Shown: positions 24,557 through 37,190 of the stretch, piece after piece
Layout: each line of letters opens with the position of its first letter
Position numbering within the stretch: position 1 is the stretch's first letter
Assembly: GCF_964204645.1 (NCBI RefSeq)
Contig: NC_134028.1
Location: forward strand, 26,718,345 to 26,782,344
Direction: 5' to 3'
Origin: Tubulanus polymorphus
Taxonomy: Eukaryota > Animalia > Nemertea
DNA: 64,000 nt
Translations under genes and position numbers: made by a program
Notes under the pieces: model-generated
Databases searched by the model: none
What the model saw: the letters and a program-made list of their open reading frames with translations, nothing else
Told to the model about the DNA's origin: nothing

Positions 24557-25522
24557 CTATTTCTTACACCCAAAAAGTGCTGGAATTTCTTTACGAATCT
24601 CACTTCCTGAGGCGATATACAGGAAGAAATTTATCGAATAATTACTGATATGCAAGACACTGAAAATCTCATCCAATAACATCAAGGTGCGGTTTTCTGA
24701 ACTGAGACCGAGTGTTTTAACTAACCAATGCGGGAACGACAGCGCTAGGAAAGATGTGGTCAAAATAAACATCATTACAGTGACTCTGTAACTGTGTGAC
24801 CGTCTCTTCTCGCACGATGTCTTATTGTTTAAATCAGGGAGCTGACAAATTTTCACCGATATCGCACTGTTGCAAATTATTATTAAGATAAAAGGAACAT
24901 ATAAAGAAAAGGAACTGTAAAAAAGCTTAAGTAATGTTGCATTAGTGGCCGGTTTTGCGCAACCCTTACCGGGCAGATAGAAGATCGGTATGGATGTTTG
25001 TACGCAGGTATTCAGAACAGCCATCGATGAAGCCATCCCCGTAACCACGAGACGAGAACATTTGACGGTACAAACACGACGAACCATGAAAGGAAAATAT
25101 ACACAAATGAGTCGTTCTGTCGCTACAACTGTCATCAACCAAGCGGATAATTGTTGACTGGTTGTTGGTAAAATAGTTACTATTAAACAAGAGGCTGTCG
25201 ATTCTATCTTTACTACCAGAGAACCTCTGGTCTGAAGGGAAATGAAATTTATCCAAAACATGAAATGCGGTAACAGCACTGCCGAGTCGGTAACGGCTAA
25301 TGCGGTCAGGTAAACGGAAAATGTGTTCGGTCGTAGTTTTTTCGACTGCATGAGAATGATCGTGAAAGAATTAAACACGAATCCACCGATAACTAGAACC
25401 GGTAATCCGACTAAATGTATCCAGTATTGCGACGATCTCATCTCAGGAATGTTGATGAAACGATTCTCGATAACGGCCGCCCAGTACGAATACCGGAACT
25501 GTTTTGACGTAGCGTTAACCAT
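24557..25522 (-). CDS. Intronless class A GPCR, FMRFamide/peptide-receptor-like
   Basis: 321-aa ORF with YLTALAVTD, SAWLMTVVATERLICVYFP, PFILIIICN, NYSINFFLYIASGSEIRKE. Confidence 0.9.
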   Translation of the reverse strand: MVNATSKQFRYSYWAAVIENRFINIPEMRSSQYWIHLVGLPVLVIGGFVFNSFTIILMQSKKLRPNTFSVYLTALAVTDSAVLLPHFMFWINFISLQTRGSLVVKIESTASCLIVTILPTTSQQLSAWLMTVVATERLICVYFPFMVRRVCTVKCSRLVVTGMASSMAVLNTCVQTSIPIFYLPGKGCAKPATNATLLKLFYSSFSLYVPFILIIICNSAISVKICQLPDLNNKTSCEKRRSHSYRVTVMMFILTTSFLALSFPHWLVKTLGLSSENRTLMLLDEIFSVLHISNYSINFFLYIASGSEIRKEIPALFGCKK

Positions 25523-25674
25523 TGCAATGTCAATTAATCGAACAACTAACGACGCTTTTCAGAGACTAGCCTTTTAAAAATCACCACAATTCAGAATATA
25601 AATGTATGTGTTAGCGATCGATAAGCTTTTACTGAACGAAAACCTAATGCATTTCAGATGGAAATTTTAATTTC

Positions 25675-25805
<131 letters not shown>

Positions 25806-26543
25806 AGGACGATCTCATATCGTATTTTCTGTAAAACTGTTTACGATTATCGACAAAACATAGATAGATATATCAGATGAAATAATGACAGATTTTGAAT
25901 GAAACCTGGCGTTATTGATTTGGCTCTTCGAAAATATGTATTTCAAGAACAAATCTCTATATTTAGACCTTAAATAAGAAAAGTAACGATGAATTTGTCC
26001 CAAACGCTTTGAGCTAAGTGTAATGATAGTCTCTACTTAGAAAGTGGCAACGTCAATAACAAGGTTTTCGGTTTTGCAGATGATAGACACTTGTCAGTGG
26101 TCGTGTCCATTGATAGGGTTTGGTTTGCCCCTCTTTCCTAAGACCGTACACCCATAGCAATTCCGAAAAATTATCGTTCGAATGAAAAGCTTTAGGTTCT
26201 CACGAAGATTTTGCTCCCCCGAAAAAGATATTATTTCGTACCCACGAAAAAATGATATATTACACCATGTCACCCGCGGGGCTCAGTAGATTTACAACTA
26301 ATCGAACACTTGACTATTTTGAAATTGTCAATAGCGTAAAATAATTGTAAAAAAGGACTTGCCGTGAGTCCAGTTTTTTCACATCGAAAAAGCCGATAGA
26401 ATGGATATTATTGATTGTCTTCATTATATATTCAACTCGGTTTCAATAGCAATGACAAAATCTCATTCACTCAACTGAGCAGAAACACAGATTGGGTTTA
26501 TAACAATTAGTTGTGTATTTGTAGATTCGAATAGTTTTGAACC

Positions 26544-28604
26544 ATGTTTTATTTCAGTTTTTGTATCCTGGCTGCTGCTGCTGCTGCTGTTGTTATGATT
26601 CAAGTTAAAACTGCACCATTAGGTAAGTTCGTTTGATTTCGATGCTGCATTAATTTGTTGTTCGACTGATTTCTGAGACAACTTCACCTCGAGACCGGTT
26701 TAAACGTCTCTGTTTGGATTCGAGGACGCCGTTTAACCGCTCGTTTCTTTATATCATTTAAATCATTTTGTAGAAATAGATATGCAATGATAAGATTATT
26801 AGGTAGCTCTGTAATAACATACTGCGCTCTCCGAAAGCGACTGTTGGGATACGGCAGGCTGGGGTAGAACGCGCAACTACTGGCATGTAGCTTGCGACGA
26901 TTCATTTCTGCGTCGGGTGCATCATAAACCGGCTTCATATGGTGCGTTCCTGACGGCACCGTTTGCCGCTATTTCCCACTAGTTGACGACAACCCCAGTT
27001 ACGTCGGTACTCCTAAGTCCAAAAAGAATCTGAGAGATTATTGCTATCGTGCATGAAATTCGAAAAAGTCTGTGTATTCGGATTAATCCAGTATATTTCG
27101 GGTTAGTATACCGCGATCTAATAATAGCATAAATAAAACATAGCAAAATCGTATTATATTCACCTCGAATATTGCATTCGAAAAATAGGCAATTATAGGT
27201 GAATTGATGTTATCATTGAGGGACGAATTAGATAAATGACGATATAATTCATTCATGCGTTTTGACATCATATGCAAAATTGACTACGCAAAAAATTGTT
27301 TTCAAACTGATAAAATCCCGTGATCGAATATTTTTATGTAAATCATCATCATTCATTTTACAATCAAAATTATGTGGGTCCTGAAATATTCAAAAGCCGC
27401 AAAAACGAACGAATGTACAAATTGCAGATTACTATTTTACTACGGCGCACATTGAGCATTACGTCATAGAAACAAAATTCGATACTTGCCATCTCCAACA
27501 GAATAGTGTTTTCAAATTATTTTCTAGAAACGTGTGGACCCCAACAGAAACTCAGATGGAACATTATTCCACGGAAAGCATTGGCTGATATGGAAGATGA
27601 TTGCATTTATGGTCTTACTATAATACAGTGTATTCATTTATGCGGGAATTTCACGAAGTTCCTATGTAGATCTGCTGATTATTTGGAATCGACACAGCGA
27701 TGTTGTATTCAGCCAGAAAGTCGATTTACTCGGCCAGATTTGCTTGGAGATTGGCCTAGGTATCAAATGATAGATTGGAACTGTGAAAGTTACGAATTAC
27801 GTAAGTATGCTCCTCTGAATCATGAAGTCCTATTTCGAGCAATGATCCTTGTTCTATGACGTCAGAAATCAAACTACATCTTAATTACTTTTTCGAAGAC
27901 ATGGAAATAAATCAAACGATGTACTTGTCATTTCACTAGGAACAGGAGCATATTATTTTTTTAAATTTTGACCCTAAACCAATACAATACACAATATGCA
28001 ATTTCACCTAAAGTACTGATATCTTTCTAGCCAACAGTTTTCGAATATTTCTTTTCCCGTTATAAGTGCAACCCAGCAACGACTCAGATGGAACATAGTT
28101 GCACGGAAGGCAATGGCTGTATTCCCGAATGATTGCGTTACGGGTCTTACCATAAGACAGTGTATTGATCCATGTGCGACTTTCACGAAGTTCCTTTGTC
28201 AATCTGCTGATTATCACCAATTATCACAAAGCTGTTGTATTCAACCAGAAAATAATCATATATATTTGAAGATTGGTCAAATGATGATTCAGGGTAATTG
28301 ATAGGAACTGGTTGTAATTTTGAAATCACCATATTTTGTAGATTTCACGAAAAATGCTGCGTCCAAGAATCTACCTTCACCTGACATAAATCCATTAGAA
28401 CCAGTAGCAACATCGAGGTCTAAAATTCACTGTGGCTTCAAATGTCTTTTGAATCATGCATGTGATTTGTTCGTCATTAAACGGCAGAATAACATCATAA
28501 AGTGTCGTTTATATAATACAGATCTGATTGCTGATGATAAATGGCAACAAGCGACTGATGAAATCATATATAAGGACAACTCATCTAGATTCAGATATCT
28601 GTGA
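26544..28604 (+). CDS. Secreted double PAN/Apple-domain protein, copy B; exons 26544-26622, 27528-27800, 28342-28604
   Basis: Signal peptide MFYFSFCIL(A)6VVMIQVKTA. Exons are clear paralogues of copy A, with phase-1 GT-AG introns. Confidence 0.85.
28067..28318 (+). pseudogene. Degenerate extra PAN exon inside intron 2 of copy B
   Basis: QQRLRWNIVARKAMA...CCIQPE is homologous to PAN exon 2, followed by a deletion/frameshift and stop. It lacks the N-terminal DTCG acceptor context. Confidence 0.75.
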
Positions 28605-29021
28605 ACATTGAAATCACGTATTTATTGTTGAATTCACTATGAAGTTAATACCTATCAATTATTATGTTATCAATTCATAGAATATATTGTGGAAGAATGA
28701 CTTCACTTTCACCAATCTATCACGCATGCGTATTACTAATAGTATAGCTTATATCGATGGTCTATGTACCGTATTACACGTATTTAATGTACTTTGTGAG
28801 GGATTAAATAACCGGGTAGAGTTAGAGTTCCGCTAGTAGTTTCTGCGCTTCATTTCCTTCTACATTTCTGTTACGTACATTCGTACGGAGCCCAGAAAAA
28901 AACATTTATTTTTCACCATGTTACCCACCGGGAATCCGTTTATTCGTCGTCGAGACCAATACAATAATGTTTAAATACATTGATACCTAGTATGCTTTAT
29001 CTAACGGGTTCTGTTTCTGTA

Positions 29022-29183
29022 GAAATCATCGAATTTTCATACTGAATAATTACTGAATTATTTAAAATTTTATCATTGAAACTGTTGTTGTTGTAATTAT
29101 TGGATTGGTCGGTATTATACAAGATGATTAATACTAATCATTCCGTGTTTATCACCCATATATCATCATGATTACAGGTAAGG

Positions 29184-29217
<34 letters not shown>

Positions 29218-29392
29218 GGTCACCATTTTGTGTAAGCTGTTATCGTGATGAACTTCCAAGTCAAAATCGTTATTTGAAGACACGTGACCACGTTGTTACC
29301 AGAGAAACATCTGATTGAATGAATTTTGATATAGTTTGCATGTTTCTAACGCATGTTCAGCGTGTCATGTTACCTTACAAGAATCGACACCG
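29022..29392 (+). repeat. Segmental duplicate of 17927-18285 (3' flank of the peptide gene)
   Basis: Near-identical over ~360 bp apart from (TA)n length and a few substitutions. Confidence 0.9.
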
Positions 29393-30399
29393 TATTCATT
29401 TCAAAACGACACTGATTCATGAAACGTGACGTGACGATGTGCGCCATTTCTGGATATAGCAACCAGTCATTAAAGCACAATCATGTTGATGAAATATACT
29501 CTTTAAAAGGGACCCTGTTATTACGAAGACACTGCGCATGTCACAATTTTCACCGAATGGATTGACACCAGGTTGTCTGAATGGAATAAAGGAACATAAA
29601 ATTTGGTGACCATTTGTCAATTTTTTTATCTAAATTAACCATCAGATAAGTATCGTTAGGTTTATATAACGCTTAAACCCAACGCAGACAAGACAGAGAA
29701 CAAGGAAACAGATACGTGTGTGATCAGACATACCATGTTTGTCGTTTCTTGTGACGGACACGAACTCCTGGGAAACGTGTTTCTGTTTCCTGTTTTAATG
29801 TTTCCCCGCAATGAGCTTTACTAACTTACTTGCAGCTGGCCCCTGTATTTTCTCCCAATGACAGCAGGAGCGGGAAAAAGGAACTATCTGTATCCCCGGG
29901 GAGGTGAATACGGCATGGACCCATCAAGGATCCCTCCCCTTTCGTGTTCTCTGGTATTTTTACACGTTTCAACGTTTAAAACGTTTAAAAGAATGTTTTG
30001 TGTATTGGGTTGAAAATGCCCGTGCAGTTTGTAGTTCTCTATCTTTCGAAAGGGCACAAGAAAATCACGTGACCGACGCCCAGCATTGCAACAACGTACG
30101 ACAAATACGGTACTGCAATATGATGCGACGCGTTAACTACCTTTCAATAAGACACCTCCTGTCTGGTGTCAAGCCGCTGTGATGATGAAACCAACACTGT
30201 TGTTTATATAGGTATTGAAAGTTCCTCAACAGTATTCAATTCCGCCTTCAAACGCAAGATCGTTACGAAATCCGCTGATTTTTTTCACAGAATAATGTCA
30301 CGTGCAGCACCTCTATAGTAACTTACGCGTAACAGGCGGCGGTGAAGATACGTCACGCATATAGATATAACACAAGGATACACGCAGATACAACTACAT

Positions 30400-32355
30400 A
30401 TGGATGATCATTTAGCGGGTACGAAGATGACACAACTAATGACCCAAATGAATTTGAGTCTTAACTCAACCCTTCTTCCTGGTGACGCGGACTTACCGAT
30501 GCCAATACTGTTCGTCGTCGGCACAATATTGTCAGTATGTGTTATGGTAGCAGTTCTGGGCAATGCGCTGATTTTATTCATTTTACTCAGGTAAGCGTAA
30601 TGAAAATGTTTCAGAACCTTCGTAAGTTGTCAATTTACCTTTTTCAAGTAATGTAAGGTCCTATCAAAACCCTTAACACAAAGTATAATCAGTTGTACGC
30701 GCATATGTTTGAGATCTACGTTCACGGAAAGAGTTAAACTGAAATGACTGCAGTGAACTGATGTGAATCTCTGTGTAGATATAACGAATAAAACCCACAG
30801 TTACTTCTGTAAAAACAGTTTATTGCCTTACAGTTTGAGGTTCAAACTAAACCTCATCATCGGAGGAACAAAACATTTTTTGTTCCTCTGATGAGGAGAT
30901 TTAGTTTGAACTGTGGGTTTTATTCGTTTAAACTGAAATGTTCAATCTTATGATGACAAATACGTGTTTTTTTGCAAAAAATTCAAAATTAACCGTTTAA
31001 AGCTTTTTTTCTTGAAACTTCTCTTTTGAAGGATTTTTTTACTCGCACGCTCTGTTCGCACTCGACAGTTGTATATTAAGTTCGACGATTTTCGATGACC
31101 ATTCAGATCAAATTCCATTAAAATCATTTTGACGCTCCGTGTGAATTTTGCTTTTTGAAGTGAGAGATTTATCAGTCCGTATCATTTCAGAGAATATTTT
31201 GGTTTTATTTGGGATTTTAATTAGTTTGATTGGTTGGAGAACGATGAAGAATCTTACTCGATCATCTATGGCTAAAAGAATGATTCCTTACATCATTAAA
31301 TTTGTTTTCAGACACAGATGTTTTCCTGGCTTTACGCATTATCTGACTGTAAACCTAGCAGGTTGTGACCTGGCTCAAGCTTTGTTTGTAGCGCCTATGG
31401 TGGCAGGTGCTTGTTTGAAAGGAAGGTGGATAAGCGGGGAAGTTGGTGAGCTTACGACTGTTGTATCCCGTCAATGATTTATTCGTCATAAATCTTTATA
31501 CGAGTTTGGATGATATTAATTTGAACATATACGAAGCTAAATGATAACGAATCTGTATATTACTATTTTTAATTGTTTTTATCAGGTTGCTCTGTCGATG
31601 GCTTCTCGATGACGATGTTGGGATTCATTTCGATATACTCGACGATGGGGATTGCGCTGGATCGCTGCTTCGCTATCAAAACTTCACATAAACCCAGGAA
31701 AGTAAAACTATCCGTCACCAGGCAGATGACTGTTCTATTAGCTGTTTGGTTGGGGGCGATTATCTGGGCTATGCCTCCGCTAGTAGGTATTTGTGGTTAC
31801 GCGAGCGAGGTTATACCCGTGTCCTGTTCATACGACTTTCTAAACAAGGAGAAATCGTGCGTCTGGTTTATCATATCCGCTGTCGTCGCAGGATTTATCA
31901 TTCCTCTTACAGCTACGTTACTTACGTTCCATAAAGTGTACAGCGCAGTCGTCGAGTATCAAGATCAAATTCGCGAAACCGACTTCATCCAGAAAGGGCT
32001 TCGTTCTAGAGAACGTTGGAAACGCCGTAAGATGGCGCTCGCTACTGATTTAGCCCGAATGTCATTAGCCTCGATGTTGTTATTCTGCGGGTCGTGGTTG
32101 CCCTACACGATCCTCGCTCTTGTTACCATGTTTTATCACTCGCCGTCTTCAGTTTCATGGCTCTCGGTTCTGCCACCGATTCTCGCTAAAATCTCCACTA
32201 TACTGCATCCAGTAATGTTCGGACTGCTCGACCATAAAGTTCGCAAACGTATATACTCGATTTTCTGCATAAGAAACCCCTATAACTCAACAGAACATCA
32301 ATTTGTTTTTGCAAGTACGGATATTAGTAAATCAGAGAAATCAACAACGCAATGA
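30400..32355 (+). CDS. Opsin, atypical, copy 2, 364 aa; exons 30400-30590, 31312-31445, 31586-32355
   Basis: Near-identical to copy 1, with the same intron positions and phases. K296 equivalent at 32188-32190; ICL3 and C-tail differ. Confidence 0.9.
30747..30927. mobile_element. Inverted-repeat insertion (Penelope-like remnant) with 13-bp flanking direct repeat, in opsin 2 intron 1
   Basis: TTAAACTGAAATG at 30734-30746 and 30928-30940. Inverted repeats 30783-30802/30909-30928 and 30840-30873/30878-30911. Contains CTGATGAG. Confidence 0.6.
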
Positions 32356-34305
32356 ATTCAATGCCCCAGCGTCTTATCCACTTTAACTGCAGCCTCCCTT
32401 CAGACAATCTTTTAGGTACGAATCCACTGACATTCACAGACACTGAGAGTCGAAATTCGTGATGCGTAGATAAACCTTTTGCAAATTGAGACGACATGCT
32501 GCAGAACGATGATAAGAACTGTTCAAGAAAGTCACGCGCAGTTGTAAAAATGTGGATCAAGTCAAACATATCTAGGATGGAACATAACTGCATCATTCGA
32601 TTCTGCGTGGTTAAAACCCCTTTATTATTGTGTTATTTTGAAGTCACATGTTAATATGTTGGTTACTATATTGTTAAGACTTTATACCTAGAGTTCCAGT
32701 CCTATGAAGCCAGGTCCAGTTCGAGGATTTTCTTGAGGATAACCAGGGCACCATATCTGTGATGATCGTTGGCAATTATGATTGCTTTTCTACAAACGAT
32801 ATTTGTTTCTGTTGTCAGGTAAATGACACTATACGACATGCTATAGCAATCAGTTAGTTACCTTGTGGTGAACATTTACGTAAGTAAATGCAATCTGGAA
32901 TTTAGACCGGATGTTACCTCCTAATGCGCTGACATGTTTTCCCGTGTTGTAAATTATATCGCGTTCGTTACAAACCACTAAATGACGAATTGGTTTTTGT
33001 TTTTAATTTAATACTGCATAACGTCAACATAAAGTCGAAGAAGGAACTTACATTAACCAAACTAATGAGTTTCACATTTGAATGTTAGCAGAAAGTCAGT
33101 TAAGTCTTGATAGAGTTAGGTTTCTTCGTGCTTTTTACTGAACACGAAAAATTGCGTTCGACATTGATTCATCACTGGAGAAATGAATGTATCTTTATTT
33201 AGTTTTTCAGCATTTTTCGTAACGTTGGTGAGTAGGAATCGTTCTTATTCAGAAATTCAAATGAATTTTACCCGATGCTGCCCTAGAAGGCACGGATTAG
33301 AAATGTGTGCACACTTTAATGCTTGTCACTCAATTTGTACATGTTCTTCGCAACTGGTTCTGAATTTCTATAAAAGTAGAAGGTTTTGTGTTCCAATATG
33401 ATACAGTTTTAGTAAATCCGAGTTCCTCAATCGGAACGCCGAAAAATAAGATAGCAACATGTAAAGATTTTCTGTACGGCTACAGCAACGATGAAAACAT
33501 TTTGGCCCACTTTTTGCTATGTTCTATAATTTTTAGACTTTTGTGGTTTCTACAGGAGCACCACTTGTTGTTTTATTAATAGTTCTGTTTATTTTAGTTT
33601 ATTTACCTTCTGTTGTGAGTTTCTGGTTATTCGACCTGATGACATTTTGTTTGATTTCAATAAATTTTATCGGATAAAAATTTCACCGTTGGATATTTTC
33701 ATGTGTCTTCAGTTGATACGGAGTGTTTTATTCGATAACTATAGAGACCATGATAAAATGATGACCACACTTGACCACGATATTCATATGGGCATATATG
33801 ACACCTCCAAAGGACGCCCCCTGTCCCAATGAAACTCCCGAAACGTTGAGTTGTCTTGTTAATTTTGTAACCAAGATGTCTTTTTCAACAGTTAGCGTTG
33901 AATATTCTATGCCGTCATCACAAACCAAATGGCACGGACCTCAGTGAGGCATCCCACTCATTAGAGAGAAAATAACGTCTGCATCAGAATACTAAAGAGT
34001 CTCGGTTCGAAAAATTAAAAAAACACTAATTTCATGAGTCGATTGAGGAAACACTGTTAAGAAGTTTATAGTTATCGAGTTTTTACTGGGATGGTAACGA
34101 TGTGTTATGCAAATACTGAAGTAGACTTTTTAGTTACGGGTCTTTGTTCTTCGACAACTAAAAAGTAAACTTGTGAATATCGACGATTGCTTTCGTTATA
34201 TATACAATTGTATTTTTATGGTATTGATACAGATACAGTTAGGCTGACGAGGGATAAGGATTGTATTATACGTTGTGTATTTGTGGATTCGAATAGTTTT
34301 GAACC

Positions 34306-34331
34306 ATGTTTTATTTTAGTCTTTGTTTCCT

Positions 34332-34377
<46 letters not shown>

Positions 34378-36214
34378 ATGATTCAAGTTAAAACTGCGCC
34401 TTTAGGTAAGTTCGTTTGATTTCGCTACTATATTTATATGTAAATATGTTACCTAAAGACCGGTTTGAACGAATCGGATCATTTTCCGACGAATTTGAGA
34501 AGAAACGCGATCGTAGTTCAGTTCATGTCGACTGTGCTTGATTTCCGAGAACTGGCGGGATAGGCCTATAATCTTACGTTATTTGCGTAACTTCACACTG
34601 AGCAACTTTTTGTTGCGAACGGTAAGACGTCGGGAAGTTTTGTTAAGATAAGATAAGATAAAATAGTTTATTACACTAATCAAAGCATTTGGTACAGAAT
34701 AATTATTGAACATCATAGTAACAAAATGATGATTAATCATCTACTTAATAATTCTTGATGATTTGGTAAAGATCTGATGATAAGTTTTTGCAGGTCACAT
34801 GCACTGTTACTAGACGAATCGCAGGTCGTCGCGGTAGTTGTTGCACCACTTCAGTTCAATTCGGAATTGGAAGTGACTCGTCGCTGACAGCGATGTGCTG
34901 CCAATCTGCGACGAGTACGTAGAATTTCGAGTGTCCGATAGCCCGAGTTATATCGGCTTCCGATATGTCGAAGTCCTACATAAGTTCGATTGTTCCTCAA
35001 TAATATGATGATAGTTTCTCTGCGAGACTGTGAGGTGAATAACAAAATGACTATTCGATACACTCATGTATTTTACATCTCATGCAAAATTAACAAAGTC
35101 GTGTCGATATAAAACTTTTCAGACTGATCCAGTATTTGTATGATAGATTTCTATTATATTGTTGTGCGTATTGAGCATTATATTAGCGAAAGAAATTTGA
35201 AAGATGACGAACTCTGAGTGAATAATGTTTTCAAACAACTTTCTAGATACGTGTGGCCCCCAGCAAAGACTCAGATGGGACATTTTTCCACAGAAAGCCT
35301 TGGCTGGAATGCTAGACGATTGCGTTTATGGTCTTACTATAAGACAGTGTATTAATTCATGTGTAAATTTCACGAAGTTCCTATGTAGATCTGCTGATTA
35401 TTTGGAATCGACACAGCGATGTTGTATTCAGCCAGAAAGTAGATTTACTCGGCCGGATCTGTTTGGTAGTCATGTAGGGTATCAACTGATAGAGTGGACT
35501 TGTGAACATGTAGCTGAATTAGGTTTGTATGCCGCCATGTACCGAGCTGATCGACAGATAACGAGCTGCTGTAGATCGCCCGTTGTCAAAATTAATTCAT
35601 TTTCCGCGAACTCTGAACTGAATTTGTAGACTCCCGAATACGTTACACTATGACAGGGCGAATATACGATAAATCCATTATTCTACTCGTATATAGTTTA
35701 ATTGCTTTATTTAAGAAAAAGCTCAGTCAGTTTTAAGAGAAATGTAGAAGAAATCGAATGCGAAGACCAACTATATGCTAGCGACACATGGCGGATCCTC
35801 GCCTGCCATACGTGGAATCCTCGCTTGCCAAAGTAGCTTTGCGGGTGCCCCATTGATTCAATGAAAACTGCTTTTTGACACTTTTGACTTCTCATCATTA
35901 TATTCGAGTATATGTTAAACCATTGTTTGTTTGATCTCACGTATCTTGTAGAATTTGCGATTGATACCGAGTCTAAGAATCTACCTTCATCCGACATCAA
36001 CCCACTTGGACCAGTCACAGTAACAGCGTCTCAAATTTGTTGTAGCTTGAAATGTCTTTTGAATTGTGAATGTGATCTGTTTGTAATTAAACGGCAGAAT
36101 AGCATCTTAAAGTGTCGTTTATATAATACAGATCTGATTGCTGATGATAAATGGCAAAAAGCGACTGATGAAATTATCTACAAGGAAAACTCATCTAGAT
36201 TCAGATATCTGTGA
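34306..36214 (+). CDS. Secreted double PAN/Apple-domain protein, copy C; exons 34306-34405, 35247-35522, 35952-36214
   Basis: Signal peptide MFYFSLCFL(A)14VMIQVKTA. Exon 2 is 276 nt as in copy A; phase-1 GT-AG introns. Confidence 0.85.
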
Positions 36215-37190
36215 ATTCTAGAAAATTTATACAAATTATAATTTTCATTCAATTCTACTTATGATAATCGTTTTAATGATTCTAAATAATAAAACGTTTA
36301 GACTTAAAATTTTTTTCAGCGCACGGCACTTCATTAACATCATTTTTCACGGTTTTCTTAGTTTAGCTTCCACTGTTTTAACAGGGCAAACGTATATTCA
36401 AATTTAGATTAACGCACGTATTTGAATGATAATCTTTTAAAGGGTTATATCAAATATTTATATACAAAGATATCTGTAAATATAGAATTTACAGATATGA
36501 ATGGTGTATTTTTAGTTTTATTGTTTTCAATCATTATTTACAATTTGAAATGTTTTATGGAACGAATACTTGGTCACCTACATCACTGTTTAAGACGTTC
36601 AACTTTGAATAAAATCTAGATTGCTATTATTCGATATAAACGACTTCTTATAACACTGTGCTGATAAACTATCTTATGTCTGGTATTTGCAGTTCAGACA
36701 TTCACCGTTTGTACTGTGAAGGCTGGACAATCAGATTAAAACTGCGATAGTGTTCGATGTCTGGTCGGTGTTTATAGTCTATTTTCAATGAAAAATGTCT
36801 CAGGTGAACATATTCGAAGTGTCAACGATCATTTCTTTTTTAAGTTATGCTGATAAAATGTCTGGTGCTGGCACTCAACTCACGGAAGTCGAGCACCTTT
36901 CCCCTCTCCCAATCTTAAATCATTTAAATATGGAAGCAAAATCATTTTCTATTCAGTGTTCACGGCATTTCATCGATAAATGAATCATTTATTGAAATGA
37001 ATAACGTAAATATGAAGACATTAATCTGTCGTTTAACAATTCAAATTTGAAAAGTGGTCGAAACAAATTTCATTCTGAAATTTACAACAAAAATCGTTGA
37101 TCGTTGTGCGTCGGAAAATAATGTTAGTTGAATTTCTGCAAGCACGAATCTATAAGCGTATAGGAATTTGCGTTTTTACAATTCGCCTTT

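Noticed and set aside
33728-33928. Possible LINE reverse-transcriptase fragment (TVEKDILV resembling EKDLGV)
   Set aside because: The similarity is too short to support without a search.
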